Part shown: piece by piece, positions 22,408-35,842 of the stretch
How positions within the stretch are numbered: position 1 is the first letter of the stretch
How the letters are laid out: every line of letters begins with the position of its first letter
Source: Pseudogymnoascus verrucosus
Taxonomy: Eukaryota
Reading direction: 5' to 3' (one strand)
Assembly (NCBI GenBank): GCA_001662655.1
Contig: KV460217.1
Length of the DNA: 64,000 nucleotides
Position numbers and translations under genes: made by a program
Notes under the pieces: generated by a model
Told to the model about the DNA's origin: nothing
What the model saw: only the letters and a program-made list of their open reading frames with translations
Database searches by the model: none

Positions 22408-25210
22408 TCATACCATAACAACATCTTGCCCCATCTCACCGTCTCCGTTTCCGGCAAAGGCCACCTCATCCATCTCCCTTAGCGTATATTCGACAAGGTA
22501 ACTTTCGTCGACTAGTTCTTCCATCCGTCGGTAATGCCGCTCTGTATAGGCCTTGAGCGCATCCAAAACCTCCTTCAAACTCTTCCCTTGGCCACCCTTG
22601 ACCTTCATGTTCGTAAATCTGCTGGCAGGGTAGCTCTTCACTAGCGTCCAAAGGATCGTTTGTGCAACTGGCGCCGTGCGGGCATTTGTGTTCCAATCTC
22701 TCAGGCGGAGCAAAAGGAGGAAAATTTGCTCGTCACTTAGGCTTCCGATTACTTCGTCAACAGCGTGTAGCCCACTCAAAGACCCATCATCCTTGGCGCC
22801 AGTGACAACAGCAGTGAATAGTGAGAGGAGACGCCCAGGATGGTTAAGCTGGAGAGCGAGCGTGATAGCCTCTCGATATGACCCGGCATGGATGTAATTT
22901 TGCAATTCCTGTTCTTGCTCGACGAATTGTGTTGCAGCAGCGGTCGAAGCAGCCTGTGTTGCAGTTGTTGTATCCGTCCAGAATGAAACCGTAGAATCGC
23001 CACTACCGGAGACAATGGTATTTGTTTCTGGATGCACCGCCAGCGCCCACACTCGGTCTTCGTGGTTATCAAGCGTACACTCCACTTCCCCACTGCTGGT
23101 GTCCCACACTTTTACGAGCCCGTCGCCACCAGCGCTTGCAACCTGAACGTGTCTCTTGTTGTTGGCTTCTTGTTTGGGGATATTTAGCCATGCGACTTTA
23201 AGGACACTATTGGTATGTCCTTCGAATGTACGCAGACAGCTGTAATCCGATAAACTCCACAATTTGAGCGTCTTGTCGCCACTGCCTGTGAGAATAAGCC
23301 CCTTCCCACCCGCCGAGCCATTCTCGCCAACTATAATCGGCGTGTTCTTTGGCGCAAATTTTACCGACCATACACCACGTCTATGGCCACGAAGGATACC
23401 CATAGTCTCGCCTTCTTCTACGGACCATATCTTTACTGTGCGGTCCTGGGATGCAGAAGCAAACACTTGTCCATTGTGGTTGATATCGATGGCGTTGATA
23501 TCTTTGTCGTGGGCTTTCCTTGTATAAAGAGCTCTTGGCGCCTTTTGTGGGGCGGCGTGCAAAGCTGCAATATCCCAGCGCTTGACGGTTTGGTCCTGAG
23601 ACCCAGTTAAAAGAAATTTTGGCGGATGGTTTAGAGGATCATTGTATGCTGGAGAATCCAATGGCGGAACAGTTCGTGAGAGTGCGACGGCACCTATCGA
23701 TTCCGCATGTCCAGAGAGTGTCGCATAACAAGTAAACGAGTTATTAGCGGGGTCGACACGCCATAAACGAGCAGTGTTGTCTTTAGCTCCAGTGGCGATC
23801 CAATGTCCAGACCAGTCGATGTCGAGACAGATGATGATGTCTTCGTGGCCATTCAATTGAGCCACATCTGCTCCGAAATATGTCGAGTCTGACTGGGCGA
23901 GGGATACAATACGGATCTCCTCCGAGTTGGTGGCCAAGGCGAGCAATGATCGGTCAGGGAGAAGGTAGCCCAGGTCAATGATCTCGTCGTGGGTACCCGA
24001 AATTCGCTTTAGCTCTGGTAATGCGGGCATTGTCTTCCCTTCGACGTATTCCAGTCCAGATACCGAATGAAGAATAATAACGTGGTCGGTGTTGATGGTG
24101 AGAATAAACGGGAGGCCTTGAAAGTATACAGCCCCGACAACTGCATCGCCCTCGTCTCCCGGGGTCTGCGCAGTAGTTGCCTCTCTTCCAGACTCCGTCT
24201 GCCATACCCGTAGCCGTCCATTCGCTCCGGCAGTGTATGACAGCTTTCCATCCCCAATAAATCCAGCGGCTTCCACCTCCTCTAAGACAGGTGTAACTTT
24301 CCTGACTTTCCACGTCTTCGCATCCCACCACATCACTGTCTTGTCTCTACTGGCGGATAAAAGCAGATTCTCTTCTGACGAATAATCCAACGCTCTAACA
24401 TCTGAGACGTGGGAATCAAGGGTGGAGGCACAGTTCCGCTTGTATAGATCCCAGACTCTGATCTTTCCATCTTGGCTTCCCGAGGCTAGTCGGAAACCTC
24501 TCGCCAGTGCGTTGTCCCCATTTGATGCTTCATCCGCGCCATTATCACCGAGCCGGTTTTTTCTGTTTCTAGCTGATATCCCAGTCTCTTCGCCGCTATT
24601 GCCTGTCGCAAGCTCGAAGAAGTGCAAGGCGGAGATCAAAATATTTGGCCCGCGGAATGTGTGTGTTACATATCCTCCCCTAATATCCCAGACCTTCACT
24701 ACCCCGTCGGCAGCACCGGTGGCTAGCAGTGTACTTGTTCGGTCCACGGCCAAAACAACAACAGGCGTCGTGTGTGGCTTGAGAGTTCGCAACAATTCGG
24801 TTGTGATGGTATCGGACGAAGAAAGAGAGGGTTTGAGCGCGTAAATTCGCATAGATAATGATCGAGAGCAGATAATCAGATGTGTCGCAGAAGGTGTCAC
24901 TGGGAGGGCATTAGCATAAAACTCAATCGGATGGCTTTTTTTTGGCAGACTCACAGGTTAGTGTCGATATTTCTTCTCCGTCCTGTCACAAAGTTAGCAC
25001 ATACTGGCAACAACAGGGCCATTGTGGACAAACCCCTTCAATTCTTGCCAGCTGCTTGCCGGTGTTCAGATCTGTAATCAAGGCATCTTCCCCAAGTGTT
25101 GTCGCAAGAAGGCGCCCAGTGTGATCGAGTGCGACACTCCCACCAGTGTAGATAGGTTGAATAACCTGTTCAGCCTCAAAGGTAGTCTGATATGCAGCCT
25201 TTGTGGCCAT
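22408..25210 (-). CDS. UTP13: U3 snoRNA-associated protein 13 (WD40 plus Utp13 C-terminal domain)
   Basis: N-terminal IQPIYTGGSV, many WD repeats, AHDKDINAID, GHRRGVWSVKF, C-terminal RLRDWNTNART and AYTERHYRR; two 5' introns flanking a ~28-nt exon. Confidence 0.92.
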
Positions 25211-25551
25211 GATTGCAAATGTCGCGACTAGCGCGAGAGGTTGTTAATCGCGATATGGGTGAAGAAAAAGATCTTTGATGTTCTTGCGACAATCTCAAAA
25301 ATTTGACGCAGAACAAGGATGATACGGATAAGCTTAATCTTAGCGCCAAACCCCACTCTCGACACCGCGACCCTGCCTGTCCAGGCTTGAACTACACACA
25401 GGCAACGAATCAATACAGCTATAATACCACAATATCTGAAGATTCACCACCGACGTCGCGGTCTATCTCTATAATGATCACATGGTGGCTGTGACCCCAC
25501 TTTTGAGATAGAGAGGCATCTCACAAACCTCACAAACGATATTGATCAAAA

Positions 25552-27490
25552 ATGACGCGCCTGGAACCGTTGATTGTTTCCGCACTGGTATGATTCCAAC
25601 CTTTGACTTTAGCCAGTTGATTTAGCGTAGACACCTTCTACGCCACCTAGAAATATCTAACGAAGATTAGGGCCGCTCACCATACAATGACGAGCTCATA
25701 GTTAACGACGACCAGGGGCAGGGCGATGGAACAGTCCGCATAGGGCAACAGTACGACGACCGTGGCAGGCCCATCAACCCCGAGACAACACAGCGCACGA
25801 AGAACCTTGTCCGGGCATCGAACGAAGTCTTGCAAGCAGCAGGTATTATTGAACCCAATGCGGATTATAGGGCACGTGACGAGGCTCTGAAGGCTGCAAG
25901 AGAAGAGGATTTCGAGAAGGCCTTCAGACGGCGGACAATAGGCGGGGTACTGCTCACGGCGGGTGTGTGGGGAACAAGCGGTCTAAGGAGGAGAACGTTG
26001 GTATGATTTAAAATCTGGGTTATCAGATCGTCTGTTAATTTCTACAGCTGTATCGGGAATACTCCAACCATCCTCTGTTAGACATCATTCGTCTTGAGCG
26101 CGTAGACCGTTCTGTTCCCCGTATTCTAGGGGCAGGATTGCCAGCCCTATTACTAAATAGAGGTATATGAACCAACGGTGCCTGATGAAGACATCACACT
26201 GACCGAAAACCAGCTTTCGGTAACTTTGCGCTTGTGTACGAGCAGATATTCGACATCAAGAATCAATCAACAAAACGAATGTACGTACCATGCCGTTAAC
26301 TAATCAGTGGTAGTGAATGCTAGTATATCTGTTCGGAGAAATCACTAACCCTTTATAGAATCGAATACTGCTTCTATCATGTCATGTTCCATTACCAATA
26401 TTTCGCCACCCTTCAGCAGCTCAACCTCTTCAACCCCCGACAGCTTGTTCCGACCTTGCTTTTCATGGTTCCGTTCTCTTCTCAATCTCCTCTCTATCTA
26501 CCTGCTTTTCCAGCCACTGTTTCTACGCCTAATTTGCTATCTTGGGTGAGCTCGGTCGGCTTGGTCCTTGCACCCTGTATTCTACTTGCGGCATGGAAAC
26601 GTACCACTCAATTACTCTCAAATCTCATTTTCGACCCCCTATACGAGTTTCTACCTCATCCATCCAATCCCCGCCCACAATCTCCCGACCTACTTGGTAC
26701 TATCAATGAATTAAGGCAAACAATACAAGAACATGACTATGACGATCTATCAAACCCGCCAAGACTGCCAGATCCCAACAGCGTTTCAAATGCGTCTGAT
26801 TATTCTTCGGGAAGCACGGAATCGGATTTAAGCCCAGAGACACATCGACATGGTCCTCCGTTCACCGCCTCGCCGGTAACACCAACATCCGATCCACGTA
26901 CCCTCCGTGCCCTCGAAGGTGAACCCCGTTCCCCGCTACCTCAAGAAGCAGAGCAAGAACTGGACTACTCCCCGTCAAGGCGGCGAGACTCGCTTGCTAC
27001 AACAACAGACGAGGAAGCGATCGCACAAACAACCTTTATTTCCTTCGACGTCGAGGCGACCGATGAACCGGCGGAAGCAATCGGCTCGTACTCGGCCGAA
27101 CTCCGGAATGCAAACTACGCTGACGAGCCACGGTCAGATGCCAAGATCTATAACTTGACAGCTACTTCTCTCCTACCGGCCCATTTAGCTGCTGATGCGC
27201 TCAGTGTTCTCGCTGCTGCGGTTTTTACAATGCCCCTCGAGGCTATGGCAGTTAGGGCTATCGGCCAAAGCTGGAGAGTGAAAATGGGCCTACCTGTCGG
27301 GGATATGTTCTGGATATTCCTGGGGGGGGGGTCTGGGCTGACGTGGAATGGAGTTGCAAGTGTTGCCACATTGTTTGTTACGGAGGTGTTGATCACCGGT
27401 GTCGTTTGGGGGGTTTATTCTGGGGGTATGACTTTGTGGGATTGGAAGAGTGGGGAAGCTGAGGCTAAGAAGGCCAAGGACTCAAAGTAG
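25552..27490 (+). CDS. Hypothetical multi-exon fungal protein with predicted membrane segments
   Basis: ATG at 25552 (MTRLEPLIVSAL), canonical GT-AG introns with branch sites, long final exon (ORF 26384-27490) with hydrophobic segments; divergent from UTP13. Confidence 0.6.
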
Positions 27491-27601
27491 TTCAGACGGC
27501 ACGGCCAACTTTTTGCTATCCCTTTCTTTCCTGGCTATGCATTGCTAAATACGTGTAAGATACCATTCTAAAGACAGAACTTTATACCATGCGCCGTCTA
27601 C

Positions 27602-29083
27602 CTATGCTCGTAACTTCCACCCTGTTGTGAAAGCGCTTTCCGCCCTCGCCCATCCAGCTGCTACTGTGGCGCAAACCAGAAACACGCCAACCATTATCGT
27701 GGTTTTCTCAAAATTCCGTGTTGCACCATCAAGCCCGCTATCACGGATGAGCGCACCAGCAATTGGAGTCCCGAAAAGTGTCCCTATGCCTCTAAGCATA
27801 TACAACAGCCCATTAATAGACGCGAAATTCTGGATGCCGAATTGCTCCGCGATTGCTGTGGGAAAAAGAGCGACGTAGGCCGATGCGGTAACGCTATATA
27901 GCATAGTGAAAGAGATGAACAAGGCGCGGCGGACGGCAAGGGGAAAGAACATCGTCGAAGGTAGCCAGAAGACGAGAGTGGCAATAGCCGACACTAAAGT
28001 GGTCAAGAATAGGGCGTTCAGACGCCCATATCGGTCTGCAAGCGCCCCAAGAACGATCTTTCCGCCAAAGTTGCATGCATTACTAAGAGCGATGAAGTTT
28101 GCGCCAGCTGTCTGACTGTAGCCCAGTGTTTTTGCGTAAGACGAGAAGAAGTAGACGGGCGTGTAATACGCTGCTGCCTGCATAACAGCAGCAGAGGCGT
28201 GGGCCATAAATGGCCGGCTCTTCACAATGGGCCAGTTTGCACGTGGTATGTTTAGACCCTGCCGACGGCCTTGAGCCTCCTGGACCCGTTGGGCTTCTGC
28301 TGCTGGTTCCCACTTCAAGACTAACGCTGAAGCAGAAATCATAACGAAGGCCATAACTCCAGTTGTCCTGAGAGCGTTACGGAAGCCAATTGTCGCATTG
28401 AGGTACCTGAGCAATGGAGCCCATGCAACACCACCGATCCCAGTGCCGCTCAAAACGATGCCCATAGCTAACCCTCGGCGACCATTGAACCAACCTGGAG
28501 CGACAGTAACGGCAGGAATATATGACAAGCATGTCGCGCAGCCGAGGAGAAGCCCCTGTGTAAGAACGAAGTGCCATAGTTTCTGTCCAAAAGATGCAGC
28601 AATATTTGCAACCGCAAATAGAATCCCTCCAATTAGGGACACAGATCGGGGACTGTAAGACTTTGTCCATGCGCTAGCAAATGGTGCTCCAATTGTCATG
28701 AGTGAGACGGCGAGAGTGCCGATGAGATCTATCTCTGCCGCACTGGCACCAGCAAACGGCCCATCCATCGTTTCATATAACTCTTGATAAACACCAAATG
28801 CAAAATTTAGTCCACAGCCTGTAAAAGTAAGCATGAGAGAGGAGATGACTATTAGCATCTGTTGAGTACGTCGTTGGCTAGCCATGGCTGGCGTTATATC
28901 CGGCACCGGATTTCGTTGAGACACGATTCTAGAGGGTAATTGTGCCTCCTCACTGGCGTGATCCATAGTATTGACAGGTATTTCTTGTAGTCGACCAGTT
29001 TCTTCCGATAATGGAATCATTTCTGTGCCGCAACTACGCTCCGGTTGTGACTCTCGCCGAGAGCCGGCATCGCCGCGAAGCAT
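27602..29083 (-). CDS. MFS monocarboxylate-porter-like transporter (MCH family)
   Basis: FAFGVYQELY, WFNGRRGLAMGIVLSGTGIGG, GALADRYGRLN and about 12 hydrophobic segments. Confidence 0.88.
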   Translation of the reverse strand: MLRGDAGSRRESQPERSCGTEMIPLSEETGRLQEIPVNTMDHASEEAQLPSRIVSQRNPVPDITPAMASQRRTQQMLIVISSLMLTFTGCGLNFAFGVYQELYETMDGPFAGASAAEIDLIGTLAVSLMTIGAPFASAWTKSYSPRSVSLIGGILFAVANIAASFGQKLWHFVLTQGLLLGCATCLSYIPAVTVAPGWFNGRRGLAMGIVLSGTGIGGVAWAPLLRYLNATIGFRNALRTTGVMAFVMISASALVLKWEPAAEAQRVQEAQGRRQGLNIPRANWPIVKSRPFMAHASAAVMQAAAYYTPVYFFSSYAKTLGYSQTAGANFIALSNACNFGGKIVLGALADRYGRLNALFLTTLVSAIATLVFWLPSTMFFPLAVRRALFISFTMLYSVTASAYVALFPTAIAEQFGIQNFASINGLLYMLRGIGTLFGTPIAGALIRDSGLDGATRNFEKTTIMVGVFLVCATVAAGWARAESAFTTGWKLRA

Positions 29084-29449
29084 TTTCGATATGGCCGCCT
29101 CGGTAATGCCAAAATGGCGCCACAGAGAGTAAGTGGTAATGTTAAATAAAGTAAACCTATTTTATTTCATCAATAGCCAGTGAAAAATAACTAGAAACGT
29201 ATTTATATAGTTGATTGAAGTCGCACCGAGGGTAGAAATTCAATGCCGTCAACACCCGAACCTGAAGACGAACCAGCGTAAGCAGGGATATATGAGTCAT
29301 GTGACAACATGCAAACGCGCTCCGTTCAAAGTGGCATTGATAAGTAATAGATGTGAATTCGTTGTTCATAGTAATTATTAAGTTGGGAATTTTATAGAAA
29401 CGATATCTAGTAGAGTGGATGTGCCATCTTGAAGTCTTGAAAGGGGCTC

Positions 29450-29655
29450 TGTATAAGAGTAGTATTTACAGCAACTATTATTAAAATAATGGTGTTTAAT
29501 CACTATGTATAATGACAGTATTCACGGCAACTATAGTTAGAATGGAGGCGTTAAATCGCTGTGCACAATAATAGTATTTATAGCAACTATTATTAAAATG
29601 ATGACGTTAAGCACCGTGTATAAAGATGGTGTCTATAGCAACTATGATTGATAGG
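29450..29655. repeat. ~56-bp AT-rich degenerate tandem repeat, ~4 copies
   Basis: GCAACTAT anchors at 29471, 29527, 29583 and 29638, with similar flanks. Confidence 0.8.
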
Positions 29656-29785
29656 GGCCCTGGTCCGGAACTCAGCTATAAGTGGTGGTTTGGCGAATAT
29701 CTTATACTATTCTGCCCAAAAGCCCAAAGAAGGACTTTAAGAAACAGCTTAATTCAGAGTCTATTCATGTAGCACACAATAGAGC

Positions 29786-30403
29786 CTAATACATCCCACC
29801 CTCGTGCGGTTTTCCCATACGCGCCTCATCAGCGTTGTTTTTCCAATCTATATAAGAAATCCATCCCTTCTCAGTCCACTCAGTAAGATCTAGCCCCTCC
29901 TGGTTATTATCCAAAGTCGCGGCATTAACACTCAAGTACGCAACCTTGCCCTTCCCCCATTTCTCTGGATCCGCCGTCCACACCTCCTGCACCTTGCCCT
30001 CAACCTCAACCTCACGGACCACTCCCTCGCCGGCGAAAGCAAAGCATCTAACCCCACACTTGCTGCAGAAGTACCAGTGGATAGCCCCCTTAAAGCACGT
30101 ATAATCGCTCAAGCCCCCATCTGTAGGGTTCAGCGGGCTCAAAAGCAGAAAGTCGTTCGGCTCATCCATCAGGCGGACGTGAAAGTACGACATTTTTTGG
30201 CAGGTCGAGCAGTTGCATTTCCGGATGCGGATGGTTGAGGAGGGTGATGGTGGGTTGGCGGAGATGATGGGCGGTGGGAGGGTGAGATATGTGATATATT
30301 TGGTACGGCCGCAGTGGCAGGACCCTGTGTAAGGCCGGCGGCCGGGAGAGATGGTGGTGGTTGAGAGGGATGAGGAGAGGGATTCTACCGCCTCGGTCGC
30401 CAT
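29786..30403 (-). CDS. GFA/CENP-V (Mss4-like) zinc-binding protein
   Basis: YTGSCHCG, KCNCSTCQK, FCSKCGVRCF, SVNAATLD. Confidence 0.85.
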   Translation of the reverse strand: MATEAVESLSSSLSTTTISPGRRPYTGSCHCGRTKYITYLTLPPPIISANPPSPSSTIRIRKCNCSTCQKMSYFHVRLMDEPNDFLLLSPLNPTDGGLSDYTCFKGAIHWYFCSKCGVRCFAFAGEGVVREVEVEGKVQEVWTADPEKWGKGKVAYLSVNAATLDNNQEGLDLTEWTEKGWISYIDWKNNADEARMGKPHEGGMY

Positions 30404-30970
30404 TTTAAGTACTGTTGGGAGTAGTGAAGCTTTTGGGAGTGATGGAAAGAGAGGAAAAGATCTTAGAGTCTTCTATCTTGATCGCTGGATGCTGGATGCT
30501 GGCACTATATATTGTGAAGGCGGGGTTGTAGAGTAGAGGGCGCTATTGTCAGCGATCAACAGGCTCGTCATGTGACGGTAGGCAGCACCTTGGTTTTATT
30601 CACAAGAATCTTGAAATGATTTAAGTTCCACAGACAAGCATCGCACTCCAGTGGTGTGTGTCACTATCGTACATTTATGGGTCTTGGTGGCGTTAGACTA
30701 AGCCTATATTGGTTTCGACCCAGCGCCCAACACATAATAAATATGAGAACCATCAGCAATTAAGGCAGTTCTGGCGCACGCTTCCTAGGATTAAATCACA
30801 GCGACGAGAAATATCACAGATTAGACAGGAAAGGGTTTAATTATAGCTCTAAGTATTTGGCAGCTAACATACGCTATGTTATGAAAACGAAAGCAAGGCA
30901 TTCCGAAGCATACATATTGTATTTATGCACCGTTCCTTCGAACCATAAGTAGGCTGCCCAGTGTCGAACC

Positions 30971-32843
30971 TTATTTACTTGCGCCTTTGTAGATCTGGAA
31001 AGGATGCGCTTCAGTGTTAAAAACAAATGCGTTCTTTCCCTTGCCATCCACTTGCCAAACGTTATCCTATAGTCTATATTAGCGTTTACGCACAAGAGAG
31101 TTATATGCCAAATGACAGCAGGGTGCGATCGTTAATGTGGCTGTAATGGGGAGTTGTATATGAATCCATGGAGAATGGTGTAACAAACCTCAGCATGAAT
31201 CAGGTAGGCGTATTTTAAGACCTCTGCAAACAGGAAACTCTCCTGGAAGTCCGTCTTCTGGCCTCCACCCTCAGCATTGACATCGGAGATAGAGCTGAAG
31301 CCGCTGCCAACTCGGGTGGTCGCATTAATCGCCACGAAAGCATCCCATGCCCATTCTTGGTACTTTTGGTCCCCAGTCATCCGGTATGCGTAGTAATAGC
31401 TTTCAATTACCTCAGGGCGCAAGACGTAGTCCGGGGAGGTGATATAAAAGCCATTCTTTTTGAAGAAATCAATCTGATTAGTTGGGACTTTGCTGGCATC
31501 CCAGGAGAATCCCTCTGGGCCAATCTGGGTTTTGGTAGCAGTGTAGGTAGCGCGGCAGCCGTCGACAAGAGATAGACCGAAATCAATGTAATCCTTTCTC
31601 TTTAAGACAGACCCGCCAAGAAGGAAGTTGCCACCATCAAAGCAGGTTAGATGACCTGAATTTTGCTGTAAGGTGGTCCCGTCGTAGTTGGCAACGAACG
31701 TAAGTTCTGGTCTGGGTTCCGGGTGGGATGTAAGGTGCTTGATAGTGGAATCGGCAGCAAGGATCCAGCTACACTTATTAGATAAAGACAAGCATAAGAG
31801 GAACCTGTCATCTTACCGGTCTTTGTACGTCTCGAATCGGGACGGATCATAAATATACATCTTAATTAGGTACTCGTAGAAAGAGTCATCGCCACCGCCC
31901 CAGCCTCCACGGGCATCTACGAATTCGCCGGTGGTAAGGTTGACGTTCGTTCCGACAAGGCCGGGAAATGGAACATTCTTCTCTGGCTTCGGGGCTAGGA
32001 GGTGCGATTCTCCCTTCTGACTAAGCTTGGCATATTCGTCGTCGCCAGTCAGATCGGACAATCGAGTCCATTCTAGAACCAGGGTGCCGATGGTAGCGAT
32101 GCCGTTGGTATCGCCCCCATCGGTTGTCTGGGCCGCGAGATTGAGGTTATTTGCAGGCACCCCAGACGGCGTATCAAATGCAAACTTCATCTGATCTGCC
32201 AGATTCTTTGACTGGGCAAGGAGAGATTCGATATTTTTGTTCTGTTAAAAGTCAGTTGGCGTTTGGTCATGTGGGTATGTAGCTTGGTGTCGGTCAGCTG
32301 CTCTACTTACATCAGGGACCAGACCCGCCAAAGGTCCTTTCAAGAGGTCATATCCAGATATCATGCCCCCGAGATATCGAATCTAATCAGTTAGCGCGTC
32401 CTAATTCATGAATCTGCGAAGGCTATTTACTGTCGTTTCAAACAAGCTGACTTGGTCATCCGTTTTAGTGAAATCCACAGTTGGGATATAATCCACAATT
32501 TGATTCACAATTTCTGGGATCTCCATAACCAACGCCGTACTGAGGGCATCGGCTGCGCTTGCTCCCCAGCCATTTCTAAGAAATTGTTAAAACCGAACTA
32601 TGTAGAGTAGGATTTAGGGGAGACAATGTACCTTGAGTTCGTAAACCCATTTGTAACTGGGCGGAGTTCGTCATGCGGGAACGCATACTTATAATAACCT
32701 TCCCATGCAAACTCGAAGGCCTCCTTCACAGCCGCGGCACGGGCTGCACTGTGCTCTTGCTTTGGTACGCATCTTTGCGGCGCTGCTAATGCGACTGTGG
32801 CGAGCGACAGGCCGGAAACCAAACGAAGTGTTGAGATGAGCAT
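30971..32843 (-). CDS. Secreted GH47 class I alpha-1,2-mannosidase
   Basis: Signal peptide, [72 protein letters not shown] and final exon FNTEAHP; several introns. Confidence 0.92.
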
Positions 32844-33873
32844 GGTGATAGCCGTCAATCAATTTGGTCCTTGACGATCGAGACTTTATTTTAACAACCC
32901 CTCTCTATTGCGTAACATTAAATTGGGGCAAGAGCTACTTTACTTATACACGTACTGGCCGTGGACATGCTGTACGTTGGAAGCATGGCCCCCTCCGCAT
33001 CTCGTCCACGTGCGAGGATCACTGTTGAGCTTCCCCATGTTGTCTTGAATTGACCGGAGCGCCAAGGTACGGGGGCCGCGATCCTTCATCCTCATCGTCG
33101 CGAATTAGGCGAAGAGCCGACGGAGGAGCCGATGATCAAGATGATCATCTCGTAAATTGACATTTCTAAGGAGTTAAAAGGCAGGGGAACGAGTAAGTCC
33201 GAAATAATGCCTCCCACAGTACGCCATTACAAGGACAGGGCAGTAAGCCGAATGTCAGCAGTGCTCACTACATTCTGTTGCTACAAAGCAAAGTAGAGTA
33301 CTGTATAGAGCAGCATACATACTACAACATACTAACAGTAAGCTGCAGTTGTACTTCGGCGTCACTCATCTTCAAAAGGTAAGGATTTGCAGACAAAACA
33401 CCGAGATTCCGATGAATCCTGTACACGCCAAATGAGGCGTAACAAGCATAACAAGCGCAACAGCTTTAATCTGTTTCCCCGCACCGTTGAAAGAGGCAAC
33501 GGATGCGGAATTATACCCGTAATTTTTATCCATAGGGGCATTGCTTGATGTACCTTGGCGGGGTTGGCCAATAAGATTGATTATAGACTGGACTGGAGGT
33601 TGGGGCCGCCGAGCACCGAGAGCCCTGTCTCTCTTTGACGATCACTCTGCCAGCTTGAAACCTTGAACTTGCGGGGTTGGAAAGCTAAAGAAATGTGACG
33701 TTGTATATCCCCGCTCTGAGATATGCCGTGGGACAAAGCTGCTGTTAGCGAGAGAGACCTCGTGCAGATGGAGCCCATCCAGGCAGGTGGTGTTATATAA
33801 CCCTGTCTCTCAATAAGGCCGTAGTTGTCGTGGTGCACACAACAGAATTATCTATTTCAAATTCGCAGCAATA

Positions 33874-35518
33874 ATGTGGAACAAGCTTGCGGTCGCGGGC
33901 TTCATGGTGGCTACGGCTACGGCCTCGATATCCGACTCATGCCCGGATTATTTAGATTACGCCAAAGAGTATCATGCTCCTTATTCGGCGGGGAAGTATA
34001 ACCTCTCGTCCCAGCGACCAGCTCTGTCGTGCCGGACTTTCGGGTCTCAAGATGTTGAGGACACGATTGATCGTATGAACAAGACCATGCGTGACCCTGA
34101 TCTCTTCCAGCTATTTCAAAATGCCTTCCCTAATACTCTCGATACGGCAATCAAATGGCACGGCACTGCGGAGGGGAGTGACGAGGAACTAACCTTTGTC
34201 ATTACTGGAGATATGTAAGCTGATGTGGCTGCCGAATTGAACTGGAGTCTTATTAACGAATGTTAGAAATGCAATGTGGCTGCGCGACTCTGCAAACCAG
34301 ATGCAATCCTACCTGCCACTGTTAAAACCAGCAACATCTAGTAACTCGATAGCTTCTCTCTACCGAGGAGTTATCAATCTGCAAGCCCGGTATCTTCTAA
34401 CTTCGCCATACTGCAACTCGTTCCAGCCTCCCGTCGAGTCTGGTATCCCACCAGCAGAAAATGGTGCTTCAACGGACGACAGGGTTTTCCCAACTTATAC
34501 CAATCAAACGGTATTCGAATGCAAATACGAGCTCGATTCTCTTGCTGCATTCCTTGAGGTCTCGTCAAACTACTACAAAGCTACGAAGGATATCAATTTC
34601 TTCAAGAAATACAAGTGGGTCGATGCCATCAATGCCGTTCTAGATGTTGCGACGACTATGATGGAGCCAACATATAACCAGAATGGTAGTGTCAACACAA
34701 GTCCATATACGTTTACACGACAGACCAACAGGGCTACCGAAACGTTTGCCAATGACGGACTTGGAAATCCTAGTGCTCCGAACACTGGGTTGATTCGTTC
34801 TGGTTTCAGGCCATCGGATGATGCTACCATTTATCAGTTCCTGATTCCGTCCAATATGATGTTTGCTTCATATCTCGCCTCCACCGCCGAAATTATGGGT
34901 GCCCTTCCAGGCCACAAATCTCTTGGCAATCGCATGGCTCAGATGGCCGTTTCTCTCCGCGAGTCCATCGACAAACATGGAATTGTTAATGATCCCGTGC
35001 ATGGCCGCATCTACGCCTTTGAGGTCGACGGATATGGCTCCCGGAATATCATGGATGACTCAAATGTTCCCAGTCTATTATCTGCGCCATTCATTGGTTA
35101 CGTTGACAGGAAGAATAAGGTGTATCAAAATACACGCAAGGTTATACTCAGCACGGCGAATCCGTACTTCATGAAGGGTCCCGTATTCAACAGCATTGGC
35201 GGTCCACATGTTGGGCCTGGGTTTGGGTGGCCCATGGCGAGTATTATACGCATTCTAACTTCAGATGATGACGCCGAAATAAAGGAGGCCTTGCGCGAAT
35301 TGCTGTCCACCACAGATGGGTTAGGGCTCATGCACGAGGGAATCAACTCATTCGACTCCTCTAAATGGACGAGACAATGGTAAGCCTGACTTTTATCTCA
35401 CCATTGATAATGCTAATTACTGCCATGTAGGTTCTCCTGGGTTAATGGCCTGTTCGGGCAAATGATTTTGGATTTGGAGGAGAGGAAGCCGTATATCCTA
35501 AAAACAAACTTCCAGTAA
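33874..35518 (+). CDS. Secreted GH125 exo-alpha-1,6-mannosidase (DUF1237)
   Basis: Signal peptide, [71 protein letters not shown]; introns near 34215 and 35380. Confidence 0.92.
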
Positions 35519-35842
35519 TTCGCATAGGTTAGACATTCTTATAATAATACCAAAGCAAATCTTGATAGCGGTGGTCCTTCGCTTTAGTCTCATGTTTCCT
35601 ACGATATTGTGATGTTATAACTGTATATGCATAGTGAGTGGGTTGCCAGTTCTCGCAATACCGGTCTAACACTTCTTATATTTAAATGCTATTCTGTTGA
35701 CACGACTTTCGTCTGTAGTAATTAGGTGTGTCTATTTTAATTACAATTTTGCTATAAACGCTACCTTTTTATACAACAATTTAATAGATTTGTTTTAATA
35801 ATAGTTACTATAAGTATGAGATATTTGTCAAACCACTACTTA

